DNA from: the human T2T-CHM13v2.0 reference genome, Homo sapiens
Length of the DNA: 64,000 bases
Reading direction: 5' to 3' (one strand)
Assembly: GCF_009914755.1 (NCBI RefSeq)
Contig: NC_060933.1
Below, piece by piece: positions 1 to 13,400 of the stretch (positions are counted from its first letter, which is position 1; each line of letters begins with the position of its first letter). Under the pieces are notes generated by a model, which worked only from the letters and a program-made list of their open reading frames with translations, was not told where the DNA came from and made no database searches. The position numbers and the translations under genes are program-made.

Positions 1-260
1 ATTCGATTCCATTCCATTCCTATTCTTTCCATTACATTCTATACCGTACCATTCCATTCCATTCCATACAATACCATTCCATTCCATTCCACTCCGTTCC
101 GTTCCGTTCCGTTCCGTTCCGTTCCATTCCATTGCATTCCATTCTATTCGGTTTAATTCCATTCCATTCCATTCCATTCCATTCTATTCCATTCCATTGC
201 AATCGAGTTGAATCCATTGCATTCCATTCCATTCCATTCCATTCCATTCCATTCCATTCC

Positions 261-275
261 ATTCCGGAAGATTCC
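261..275. promoter_or_regulatory. Perfect 3-pentamer heat shock element match (nTTCn-nGAAn-nTTCn), first of about 34 copies
   Basis: ATTCCGGAAGATTCC = aTTCc gGAAg aTTCc. Other copies start at about 2046, 4820, 6343, 9247, 10810, 13743, 15306, 18234, 20307, 21977 (aGAAg), 23520, 25042 (gGAAa), 27746, 29837, 32731, 33569, 36880 (gGAAa), 41935, 42767, 44500, 44820, 45652, 47370, 47565, 49852, 51295, 52127, 53995, 54812, 59007, 60510, 63280, 63600. The motif match is direct; function is inferred. Confidence 0.55.
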
Positions 276-804
276 ATTGATTGCATTCCATTCCATTCCA
301 TTCCATTCCATTCCATTGTACTCGGGTTGATTCCATTCCATTGCATTCCATTCCATTCCATTCCATTCCATTCCGTTCCATTGCATTCCATTACATTCCG
401 ATTGATTCTTTTCAACTCCCTTACTCTCCATTACATTCCATTCCATTCGGGTTGTTCCATTCCATTCCATTCCATTCCATTCCATTCCATTCCATTGCAC
501 TCGGGTTGATTCTATTCCATTCCATTCCATTCCATTCCGGATGTTTCAATTCCATTGCATTCCGTTCCATTACATTCTGCTGCACTCGGGTTGATTCCAT
601 TCCATTCCATTCCATTCCATTCCATTCCATTCCATTCCCCTGCACTCGCGTTGATTCCATTCCATTCCATTCCATTCCATTCCATTCCATTCCATTCCAG
701 TCCTTTCCATTCCATTCCACTCGGGTTGATTCCATTCTATTAGTTTCCATTCCATTCCATTCCCTTCCATTCCACTCTGGTTGATTCCATTCCTTTCCAT
801 TCCA

Positions 805-840
805 CTCGAATACATTCCCTCCTTTCCACTCGGAACGATT
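805..840 (+). repeat. Low-copy divergent landmark module CTCGAATACATTCCCTCCT(A)TTCCACTCGGAACGATT (first of 15)
   Basis: Copies at about 805, 3305, 6898, 11370, 15866, 20872, 34799, 35379, 44022, 46892, 53367, 56067, 56761, 61075, 63221. Confidence 0.85.
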
Positions 841-1413
841 CCATTCCATTCCATTCCATTCCATTCCATTCTATTTCGTTCCATTCCATTCTATTCCGTA
901 TCATTCCATTCCATTCCATTCCATTGCATTCCATTCCATTCCACTCGTGTTGATTCCATTCCTTTCTATTCCATTCGGTTTGAAGGCATTCCATTCCATT
1001 CCATTCCATTCCATTCCATTCCATTCCATTCCATGGTACTCGGGTTGATTCCATTCCATTGCATTCCATTCCATTCCATTCCATTCCATTCCATTCCGTT
1101 ACATTCCATTCCATTACATTCGGATTGATTCTATTCAACTCCCTTACTCTCCATTACATTCCATTCCATTCGGGTTGTTCCATTCCATTCCATTCCATTC
1201 CACTCCATTCCCCTGCACTCGCGTTGATTCCATTCCATTCCATTCCATTCCATTCCATTCCATTCCATTCCGTTCCGATCCATTCCATTCCATTCCATTC
1301 CGTTCCGTTCCGATCCATTCCATTCCATTCCATTCCATTCCATTCCATTCCATTCCGTTCCGTTCCATTCCATTCCATTCCATTCTATTCGGGTTAATTC
1401 CATTCCGTTCCAT

Positions 1414-1427
1414 TCGATTGCAATCGA
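1414..1427. other. Perfect 14-bp palindrome TCGATTGCAATCGA (first of more than 20 copies)
   Basis: Self-reverse-complementary. Also at 2218, 3859, 5007, 9444, 11934, 13940 and onward, typically ~20-25 bp downstream of CTATTCGGGTT(A/T)ATT. Confidence 0.9.
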
Positions 1428-4400
1428 GTTGATTCCATTCCATTCCATTCCATTCCATTCCATTCCATTACGGATTATTCCATTCCATTGCATTCCATTC
1501 CATTCCATTCCCCTGTACTCCGGTTGATTCCATTCCATTCCATTCCAATCCATGCCATTCCACTCGTGTTGATTCCATTCTTTCCATTCCATTCAAGTTG
1601 AATCCATTCCATTGCATTCCATTCCATTCGATTCCATTCGATTGCACTCGGGTTGATTCCGTTCCATTGCATTCCATTCCATTCCATTCCATTCCATTCC
1701 ATTCCATTCCGTTCCATTCCTTTCCATTACATTCAGATTGATTCTATTCAATTCCCTTACACTCCATTCCATTCCTTTCCATTCCATTCCATTCCATTCC
1801 ATTCCATTCCATTCCATTACAATTCTTTCCATTCCATTCTATTCTGTACCATTCCATTCGATTCCATACCATTCCATTCCATTCCATTCCATTCCATTCC
1901 ATTCCGTTCCATTCCGTTCCATTCCATACCATTCCATTCTATTCGGATTAATTCCATTCCATTCCATTCCATTCCATTCTTTTCCATTCCATTGCAATCG
2001 AGTTGAATCCATTGCATTTCATTCCATTCCAATCCATTCCATTCAATTCCGGAAGATTCCATTCCATTGCATTCCATTCCATTCCCCTGCACTCGCATTG
2101 ATTCCATTCCATTCCATTCCATTCCATTCCCTTCCGTTCCATTCCATTCCATTCCATTCCGTTCCGTTCCATTCCATTCCATTCCATTCTATTCGGGTTA
2201 ATTCCATTCCATTCCATTCGATTGCAATCGAGTTGATTCCATTCCATTCCATTCCATTCCATTCCATTCCATTCCATTCCTTTCCATTCCATTACGGATG
2301 ATTCCATTCCATTGCATTCCATTCCATTCCATTCCCGTGTACTCGGGTTGATTCCATTACATTCCATTCCAATCCATGCCATTCCACTCGTGTTGATTCC
2401 ATTCTTTCCATTCCATTCAAGTTGAATCCATTCCATTGCATTCCATTCCATTCGATTCCATTCGATTGCACTCGGGTTGATTCCATTCTATTGCATTCCA
2501 TTCCATTCCATTCCATTCCATTCCGTTCCATTCCATTTCATTACATTCAGATTCATACTATTCAATTCCCTTACACTCCATTATATTCCAATCCATTCTG
2601 GTTGTTTCCATTCCATTCCATTCGATTTCACTCCATTCCATTGCACTCGGGTTGATTCCATTCCATTCCATCCCATTGCATTCCATTCCATTCCATTCCG
2701 GATGATTCCATTCCATTGCATTCCATTCCATTCCATTCCCCTGCACTCGGGTTGATTCCATCCCATTCCATTCAATTACATTCCGTTCCATTCCATTCCA
2801 TTCCATTCGGATTGATTCTATTCAATTCCCTTACACTCCATTACATTCCATTCCATTCGGGTAGTTTCCATTCCATTCCATTCCATTCCTCCCATTCTAT
2901 TGCACTCGGGTTGATTCCATTCCATTCCATTCCATTCCATTACATTACATTACATTCCGTTCCATTGTACTCAGGTTGATTCCATTCCATTGCATTCCAT
3001 TCCATTCCATTCCATTGCATTCCATTCCATTCCGTTCCATTCCGGATGATTCCATTCCATTGCATTCCGTTCCATTACATTCCCCTGCACTCGGGTTGAT
3101 TCCATTCCATTCCATTCCATTCCATTCCATTCCAGTCCATTCCCCTGCACTCGCGTTGATTCCATTCCATTCCATTCCATTCCATTCCATTCCATTCCAG
3201 TCCTTTCCATTCCATTCCACTCGGGTTGATTCCATTCTATTAGTTTACATTCCATTCCATTCCCTTCCATTTCACTCTGGTTGATTCCATTCCTTTCCAT
3301 TCCACTCGAATACGTTCCCTCCTTTCCACTCGGAACGATTCCATTCCATTCCATTCCATTCCATTCCATTCTATTTCGTTCCATTCCATTCTATTCCGTA
3401 TCATTCCATTCCATTCCATTCCATTACATTCCATTCCATTCCACTCGTGTTGATTCCATTCCTTTCTATTCCATTCGGTTTGAAGGCATTCCATTCCATT
3501 CCATTCCATTCCATTCCATTCCATTCCATTCCATTCCATTGTACTCGGGTTGATTCCATTCCATTGCATTCCATTCCATTCCATTCCATTCCATTCCATT
3601 CCGTTACATTCCATTCCATTACATTCGGATTGATTCTATTCAACTCCCTTACTCTGCATTACATTCCATTCCATTCGGGTTGTTCCATTCCATTCCATTC
3701 CATTCCACTCCATTCCCCTGCACTCGGGTTGATTCCATTCCATTCCATTCCATTCCATTCCATTCCGTTCCGTTCCATTCCATTCCATTCCATTCCATTC
3801 CGTTCCGTCCCATTCCATTCCATTCCATTCTATTCGGGTTAATTCCATTCCATTCCATTCGATTGCAATCGAGTTGATTCCATTCCATTCCATTCCATTC
3901 CATTCCATTCCATTCCATTACGGATGATTCCATTCCATTGCATTCCATTCCATTCCATTCCCCTGTACTCGGGTTGATTCCATTCCATTCCATTCCAATC
4001 CTTGCCATTCCACTCGTGTTGATTCCATTCTTTCCATTCCATTCAAGTTGAATCCATTCCATTGCATTCCATTCCATTCGATTCCATTCGATTGCACTCG
4101 GGTTGATTCCATTCCATTGCATTCCATTCCATTCCATTCCATTCCATTCCATTCCATTCCGTTCCATTCCATTCCATTACATTCGGATTGATTCTATTGA
4201 ATTCCCTTACACTCCATTCCATTCCTTTCCATTCCATTCCTTTCCGTTCCATTCCATTCCATTATATTCGGATTGATTATATTCAATTCCCTTACACTCC
4301 ATTACATTCCATTCCATTCGGGTAGTTTCCATTCCATTCCATTCCATTCCTCACCATTCCATTGTACTCGGGTTGATTCCATTCCATTGCATTCCATTCC

Positions 4401-7400
4401 ATTCCATTCAATTCCTTTCCGTTCCATTCCATTCCATTACATTCAGATTGATTCTGTTCAACTCCCTTACTCTCCATTACATTCCATTCCATTCGGGTTG
4501 TTCCATTCCATTCCATTCCATTCCACTCCATTCCATTGCACTCGGGTTTATTCCATTCCATTCCATTCCATTCCGTTCAATTCCATTCCATTACAATTCG
4601 TTCCATTCCATTCTATTCCGTACCATTCCGTTCGATTCCATACCATTCCATTCCATTCCATTCCATTCAATTCCGTTCCATTCCGTTCCATTCCATACCA
4701 TTCCATTCTATTCGGATAAATTCCATTACATTCCATTCCATTCCATTCTATTCCATTCCATTGCAATCGAGTTGAATCCATTGCATTTCATTCCATTCCA
4801 ATCCATTCCATTCCATTCCATTCCGGAAGATTCCATTCCATTGCATTCCATTCCATTCCATTCCCCTGCACTCGCGTTGATTCCATTCCATTCCATTCCA
4901 TTCCATTCCATTCCGTTCCGTTCCATTCCATTCCATTCCATTCCATTCCGTTCCGTTCCATTCCATTCCATTCCATTCTATTCGGGTTAATTCCATTCCA
5001 TTCCATTCGATTGCAATCGAGTTGATTCCATTCCATTCCATTCCATTCCATTCCTTTCCATTCCATTACGGATGATTCCATTCCATTGCATTCCATTCCA
5101 TTCCATTCCCCTGTACTCGGGTTGATTCCATTACATTCCATTCCAATCCATGCCATTCCACTCGTGTTGATTCCATTCTTTCCATTCCATTCAAGTTGAA
5201 TCCATTCCATTGCATTCCATTCCATTCGATTCCATTCGATTGCACTCGGGTTGATTCCATTCCATTGCATTCCATTCCATTCCATTCTATTCCATTCCAT
5301 TCCATTCCATTCCGTTCCATTCCATTTCATTACATTCAGATTGATACTATTCAATTCCCTTACACTCCATTGTATTCCAATCCATTCTGGTTGTTTCCAT
5401 TCCATTCCATTCCATTTCACTCCATTCCATTGCACTCGGGTTGATTCCATTCCATTCCATTCCATTGCATTCCATTCCATTCCATTCCGGATGATTCCAC
5501 TCCATTGCATTCCATTCCATTCCATTCCCCTGCACTCGGGTTGATTCCATTCCATTCCATTCCATTGCATTCCGTTCCACTCCATTCCATTCCATTCGGA
5601 TTGATTCTATTCAATTCCCTTACACTCCATTACATTCCATTCCATTCGGGTAGTTTCCATTCCATTCCATTCCATTCCTCTCCATTCTATTGCACTCGGG
5701 TTGATTCCATTCCATTCCATTCCATTCCATTCCATTCCATTCCATTACATTACATTACATTCCGTTCCATTGTACTCGGGTTGATTCCATTCCATTGCAT
5801 TCCATTCCATTCCATTCCATTCCATTCCATTCCGTTCCATTCCATTACATTCGGATTGATTCTATTCAACTCCCTTACTCTCCATTACATTCCATTCCAT
5901 TCGGGTTGTTCCATTCCATTCCATTCCATTCCACTCCATTCCATTGCACTCTGGTTGATTCCATTCCATTCCATTCCATTCCATTCCATTCCATTCCATC
6001 CCATTCCGGATGATTCCATTCCATTGCATTCCGTTCCATTACATTACCCTGCACTCGGGTTGATTCCATTCCATTCCATTCCATTCCATTCCATTCCATT
6101 CCATTCCAATTCTTTCCATTCCATTCTATTCCGTACCATTCCATTCCATTCCATACAATTCCATTCCATTCCATTCCACTCCGTTCCGTTGCGTTCCGTT
6201 CCGTTCCGTTCCGTTCCATTCCATTCCATTCCATTCTATTCGGTTTAATTCCATTCCATTCCATTCCGTTCCATTCTATTCCATTCCATTGCAATCGAGT
6301 TGAATCCATTGCATTCCATTCCATTACATTCCATTCCATTCCATTCCGGAAGATTCCATTCCATTGCATTCCATTCCATTCTATTCCATTCCATTCCATT
6401 CCATTCCATTGTACTCGGGTTGATTCCATTCCATTGCATTCCATTCCATTCCATTCCATTCCATTCCGTTCCATTCCATTCCATTACATTCGGATTGATT
6501 CTTTTCAACTCCCTTACTCTCCATTACATTCCATTCCATTCGGGTTGTTCCATTCCATTCCATTCCATTCCATTCCATTCCATTCCATTCCATTGCACTC
6601 GGGTTGATTCCATTCCATTCCATTCCATTCCATTCCGGATGATTCCATTCCATTGCATTCCGTTCCATTACATTCCCCTGCACTCGGGTTGATTCCATTC
6701 CATTCCATTCCATTCCATTCGATTCCATTACATTCCCCTGCACTCGCGTTGATTCCATTCCATTCCATTGCATTCCATTCCATTCCATTCCAGTCCTTTC
6801 CATTCCATTCCACTCGGGTTGATTCCATTCTATTAGTTTCCATTCCATTCCATTCCCTTCCATTCCACTCTGGTTGATTCCATTCCTTTCCATTCCACTC
6901 GAATACATTCACTCCTTTCCACTCGGAACGATTCCATTCCATTCCATTCCATTCCATTCCATTCTATTTCGTTCCATTCCATTCTATTCCATATCATTCC
7001 ATTCCATTCCATTCCATTCCATGCCTTTCCATTCCACTCGTGTTGATTCCATTCCTTTCTATTGCATTCGGTTTGAAGGCATTCCATTCCATTCCATTCC
7101 ATTCCATTCCATTCCATTCCATTCCATTCCATTGTACTCGGGTTGATTCCATTCCATTCCATTCCATTCCATTCCATTCCATTCCATTCCGGATGATTCC
7201 ATTCCATTGAATTCCGTTCCATTACATTCCCCTGCACTCGGGTTGATTCCATTCCATTCCATTCCATTCCATTCCATTCCATTCCATTCCAATTCTTTCC
7301 ATTCCATTCTATTCCGTACCATTCCATTCCATTCCATACAATTCCATTCCATTCCATTCCACTCCGTTCCGTTCCGTTCCGTTCCGTTCCATTCCATTCC

Positions 7401-10400
7401 ATTCCATTCTATTCGGTTTAATTCCATTCCATTCCATTCCATTCCATTCTATTCCATTCCATTGCAATCGAGTTGAATCCATTGCATTCCATTCCATTCC
7501 ATTCCATTCCATTCCATTCCGGAAGATTGCATTCCATTGCATTCCATTCCATTCCATTCCATTCCATTCCATTCCATTCCATTCCATTGTACTCGGGTTG
7601 ATTCCATTCCATTGCATTCCATTCCATTCCATTCCATTCCATTCCATTCCATTCCTTTCCATTCCATTCCATTACATTCGGATTGATTCTTTTCAACTCC
7701 CTTACTCTCCATTACATTCCATTCCATTCGGGTTGTTCCATTCCATTCCATTCCATTCCACTCCATTCCATTGCACTCGGGTTGATTCCATTCCATTCCA
7801 TTCCATTCCATTCCATTCCGGATGATTCCATTCCATTGCATTCCGTTCCAATACATTCCGCTGCACTCGGGTTGATTCCATTCCATTCCATTCCATTCCA
7901 TTCCATTCCATTCGATTCCCCTGCACTCGCGTGGATTCCATTCCATTCCATTCCATTCCATTCCATTCCATTCCATTGTACTCGGGTTGATTCCATTCCA
8001 TTGCATTCCATTCCATTCCATTCCATTCCATTCCGTTACATTCCATTCCATTACATTCGGATTGATTCTATTCAACTCCCTTACTCTCCATTACATTCCA
8101 TTCCATTCGGGTTGTTCCATTCCATTCCATTCCATTCCACTCCATTCCCCTGCACTCGCGTTGATTCCATTCCATTCCATTCCATTCCATTCCATTCCAT
8201 TCCATTCCTTTCCGTTCCATTCCATTCCATTCCATTCCATTCCATTCCGTTCCGTCCCATTTCATTCCATTCCATTCTATTCGGGTTAATTCCATTCCAT
8301 TCCATTCGATTGCAATGGAGTTGATTCCATTCCATTCCATTCCATTCCATTCCATTCCATTACGGATGAATCCATTCCATTGCATTCCATTCCATTCCAT
8401 TCCCCTGTACTCGGGTTGATTCCATTCCATTCCATTCCAATCCATGCCATTCCACTCGTGTTGATTCCATTCTTTCCATTCCATTCAAGTTGAATCCATT
8501 CCATTGCATTCCATTCCATTCGATTCCATTCGATTGCACTCGGGTTGATTCCATTCCATTGCATTCCATTCCATTCCATTCCATTCCATTCCATTCCATT
8601 CCATTCCATTACATTCGGATTGATTCTATTCAATTCCCTTACACTCCATTCCATTCCTTTCCATTCCATTCCATTCCGTTCCATTCCATTCCATTATATT
8701 CGGATTGATTATATTCAATTCCCTTACACTCCATTACATTCCATTCCATTCGGGTAGTTTCCATTCCATTCTATTCCATTCCTCACCATTCCATTGTACT
8801 CGGGTTAATTCCATTCCATTGCATTCCATTCCATTCCATTCAATTCCTTTCCGTTCCATTCCATTCCATTACATTCAGATTGATTCTGTTCAACTCCCTT
8901 ACTCTCCATTACATTCCATTCCATTCGGGTTGTTCCATTCCATTCCATTCCATTCCACTCCATTCCATTGCACTCGGGTTTATTCCATTCCATGCCATTC
9001 CATTCCGTTCAATTCCATTCCATTACAATTCGTTCCATTCCATTCTATTCCGTACCATTCCATTCGATTCCATACCATTCCATTCCATTCCATTCCATTC
9101 AATTCCGTTCCATTCCGTTCCATTCCATACCATTCCATTCTATTCGGATTAATTCCATTCCATTCCATTCCATTCCATTCTATTCCATTCCATTGCAATC
9201 GAGTTGAATCCATTGCATTTCATTCCATTCCAATCCATTCCATTCCATTCCGGAAGATTCCATTCCATTGCATTCCATTCCATTCCATTCCCCTGCACTC
9301 GCGTTGATTCCATTCCATTCCATTCCATTCCATTCCGTTCCATTCCATTCCATTCCGTTCCGTTCCATTCCATTCCATTCCATTCCGTTCCGTTCCATTC
9401 CATTCCATTCCATTCTATTCGGGTTAATTCCATTCCATTCCATTCGATTGCAATCGAGTTGATTCCATTCCATTCCATTCCATTCCATTCCATTCCATTC
9501 CTTTCCATTCCATTACGGATGATTCCATTCCATTGCATTCCATTCCATTCCATTCCCCTGTACTCGGGTTGATTCCATTCCATTCCATTCCAATCCATGC
9601 CATTCCACTCGTGTTGATTCCATTCGTTCCATTCCATTCAAGTTGAATCCATTCCATTGCATTCCATTCCATTCGATTCCATTCGATTGCACTCGGGTTG
9701 ATTCCATTCCATTGCATTCCATTCCATTCCATTCTATTCCATTCCATTCCATTCCATTCCGTTCCATTCCATTTCATTACATTCAGATTGATACTATTCA
9801 ATTCCCTTACACTCCATTATATTCCAATCCATTCTGGTTGTTTGCATTCCATTCCATTCCATTTCACTCCATTCTATTGCACTCGGGTTGATTCCATTCC
9901 ATTCCATTCCATTGCATTCCATTCCATTCCATTTCGGATGATTCCACTCCATTGCATTCCATTCCATTCCATTCCCCTGCACTCGGGTTGATTCCATTCC
10001 ATTCCATTCCATTACATTCCGTTCCATTCCATTCCATTCCATTCGGATTGATTCTATTAAATTCCCTTACACTCCATTACATTCCATTCCATTCGGGTAG
10101 TTTCCATTCCATTCCATTCCATTCCTCTCCATTCTATTGCACTCGGGTTGATTCCATTCCCTTCCATTCCATTTTTTTCCATTCCATTACATTACATTAC
10201 ATTCCGTTCCATTGTACTCGGGTTGATTCCATTCCATTGCATTCCATTCCATTCCATTCCATTCCATTCCATTCCATTCCATTCCAATCCGTTCCATTCC
10301 ATTACATTCGGATTGATTCTATTCAACTCCCTTACTCTCCATTACATTCCATTCCATTCGGGTTGTTCCATTCCATTCCATTCCATTCCACTCCATTCCA

Positions 10401-13400
10401 TTGCACTCGGGTTGATTCCATTCCATTCCATTCCATTCCATTCCATTCCATTCCGTTCCATCCCATTCCGGATGATTCCATTCCATTGCATTCCGTTCCA
10501 TTACATTACCCTGCACTCGGGTTGATTCCATTCCATTCCATTCCATTCCATTCCATTCCATTCCAATTCTTTCCATTCCATTCTATTCCGTACCATTCCA
10601 TTCCATTCCATACAATTCCATTCCATTCCATTCCACTCCGTTCCGTTGCGTTCCGTTCCGTTCCGTTCCACTCCATTCCATTCCATTCTATTCGGTTTAA
10701 TTCCATTCCATTCCATTCCATTCCATTCCATTCTATTCCATTCCATTGCAATCGAGTTGAATCCATTGCATTCCATTCCATTCCATTCCATTCCATTCCA
10801 TTCCATTCCATTCCGGAAGATTCCATTCCATTGCATTCCATTCCATTCCATTCTATTCCATTCCATTCCATTCCATTCCATTGTACTCGGGTTGATTCCA
10901 TTCCATTGCATTCTATTCCATTCCATTCCATTCCATTCCGTTCCATTCCATTCCATTACATTCGGATTGATTCTTTTCAACTCACTTACTCTCCATTACA
11001 TTCCATTCCATTCGGGTTGTTCCATTCCATTCCATTCCATTCCATTCCATTCCATTCCATTGCACTCGGGTTGATTCCATTCCATTCCATTCCATTCCAT
11101 TCCGGATGATTCCATTCCATTGCATTCCGTTCCATTACATTCCCCTGCACTCGGGTTGATTCCATTCCATTCCATTCCATTCCATTCCATTCGATTCCAT
11201 TCCATTCCCCTGCACTCGGGTTGATTCCATGCCATTCCATTGCATTCCATTCCATTCCATTCCAGTCCTTTCCATTCCATTCCACTCGGGTTGATTCCAT
11301 TCTATTAGTTTCCATTCCATTCCATTCCCTTCCATTCCACTCTGGTTGATTCCATTCCTTTCCATTCCACTCGAATACATTCCCTCCTTTCCACTCGGAA
11401 CGATTCCATTCCATTCCATTCCATTCCATTCCATTCTATTTCGTTCCATTCCATTCTATTCCATATCATTCCATTCCATTCCATTCCATTCCATTCCTTT
11501 CCATTCCACTCGTGTTGATTCCATTGCTTTCTATTCCATTCGGTTTGAAGGCATTCCATTCCATTCCATTCCATTCCATTCCATTCCATTACAATCCATT
11601 CCATTGTACTCGGGTTGATTCCATTCCATTGCATTGCATTCCATTCCATTCCATTCCATTCCGTTGCATTCCATTCCATTACATTCGGATTGATTCTATT
11701 CAACTCCCTTACTCTCCATTACATTCCATTCCATTCGGGTTGTTCCATTCCATTTCATTCCATTCCACTCCATTCCCCTGCACTCGCGTTGATTCCATTC
11801 CATTCCATTCCATTCCATTCCATTCCGTTCCGTTCCGTTCCATTCCATTCCATTCCATTCCATTCCATTCCGTTCCGTTCCGTTCCATTCCATTCCATTC
11901 CATTCTATTCGGGTTTATTCCATTCCATTCCATTCGATTGCAATCGAGTTGATTCCATTCCATTCCATTCCATTCCATTCCATTCCTTTCCATTCCATTA
12001 CGGATGATTCCATTCCATTGCATTCCATTCCATTCCATTCCATTCCATTCCATTCCATTCCATTCCATTGTACTCGGGTTGATTCCATTCCATTGCATTC
12101 CATTCCATTCCATTCCATTCCATTCCATTCCATTCCATTCCATTCCTTTCCATTCCATTCCATTACATTCGGATTGATTCTTTTCAACTCCCTTACTCTC
12201 CATTACATTCCATTCCATTCGGGTTGTTCCATTCCATTCCATTCCATTCCACTCCATTCCATTGCACTCGGGTTGATTCCATTCCATTCCATTCCATTCC
12301 ATTCCATTCCGGATGATTCCATTCCATTGCATTCCGTTCCAATACATTCCGCTGCACTCGGGTTGATTCCATTCCATTCCATTCCATTCCATTCCATTCC
12401 ATTCCATTCGATTCCCCTGCACTCGCGTGGATTCCATTCCATTCCATTCCATTCCATTCCATTCCATTCCATTGTACTCGGGTTGATTCCATTCCATTGC
12501 ATTCCATTCCATTCCATTCCATTCCATTCCGTTACATTCCATTCCATTACATTCGGATTGATTCTATTCAACTCCCTTACTCTCCATTACATTCCATTCC
12601 ATTCGGGTTGTTCCATTCCATTCCATTCCATTCCACTCCATTCCCCTGCACTCGCGTTGATTCCATTCCATTCCATTCCATTCCATTCCATTCCATTCCT
12701 TTCCGTTCCATTCCATTCCATTCCATTCCATTCCATTCCGTTCCGTCCCATTTCATTCCATTCCATTCTATTCGGGTTAATTCCATTCCATTCCATTCGA
12801 TTGCAATGGAGTTGATTCCATTCCATTCCATTCCATTCCATTCCATTCCATTACGGATGATTCCATTCCATTGCATTCCATTCCATTCCATTCCCCTGTA
12901 CTCGGGTTGATTCCATTCCATTCCATTCCAATCCATGCCATTCCACTCGTGTTGATTCCATTCTTTCCATTCCATTCAAGTTGAATCCATTCCATTGCAT
13001 TCCATTCCATTCGATTCCATTCGATTGCACTCGGGTTGATTCCATTCCATTGCATTCCATTCCATTCCATTCCATTCCATTCCATTCCATTCCATTCCAT
13101 TCCATTACATTCGGATTGATTCTATTCAATTCCCTTACACTCCATTCCATTCCTTTCCATTCCATTCCATTCCGTTCCATTCCATTCCATTATATTCGGA
13201 TTGATTATATTCAATTCCCTTACACTCCATTACATTCCATTCCATTCGGGTAGTTTCCATTCCATTCTATTCCATTCCTCACCATTCCATTGTACTCGGG
13301 TTAATTCCATTCCATTGCATTCCATTCCATTCCATTCAATTCCTTTCCGTTCCATTCCATTCCATTACATTCAGATTGATTCTGTTCAACTCCCTTACTC

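Larger units (their letters stand above)
530..5830 (+). repeat. Older degenerate tandem pair (~2.5 kb and ~2.8 kb copies)
   Basis: Landmark CTCGAATAC...CGGAACGATT at ~805 and ~3305 (offset 2500; ORFs 781/3281). After a ~330-bp segment present only in copy 2 (~4240-4570) the offset becomes ~2775 (ORFs 2422/5196). Multiple substitutions separate the copies. Confidence 0.7.

Noticed and set aside
262-269. TTCCGGAA as a STAT (GAS) site
   Set aside because: Spacing is TTC-N2-GAA, whereas GAS needs N3 (N4 for STAT6); the N2 spacing fits an HSE instead.
400-432. GATTGATTCT(A/T)TTCAA(C/T)TCCCTTAC module as a hairpin, terminator or promoter
   Set aside because: Only a 4-5-bp TTGA/TCAA stem and no supporting context; treated as a structural marker only.
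500-790. ACTCGGGTTGATTCC recurring every ~50-100 bp, resembling a CRISPR repeat-spacer array
   Set aside because: The intervening sequence is ATTCC pentamer, not unique spacers; spacing is irregular; there are no cas genes.
2349-2359. TGATTCCATTA matching the DUX4-type consensus TAAYBBAATCA on the - strand (also ~5123, 24331, 38783)
   Set aside because: Only a handful of copies, each one common C>A change from the background TGATTCCATTC and not conserved between paralogues; expected by chance.
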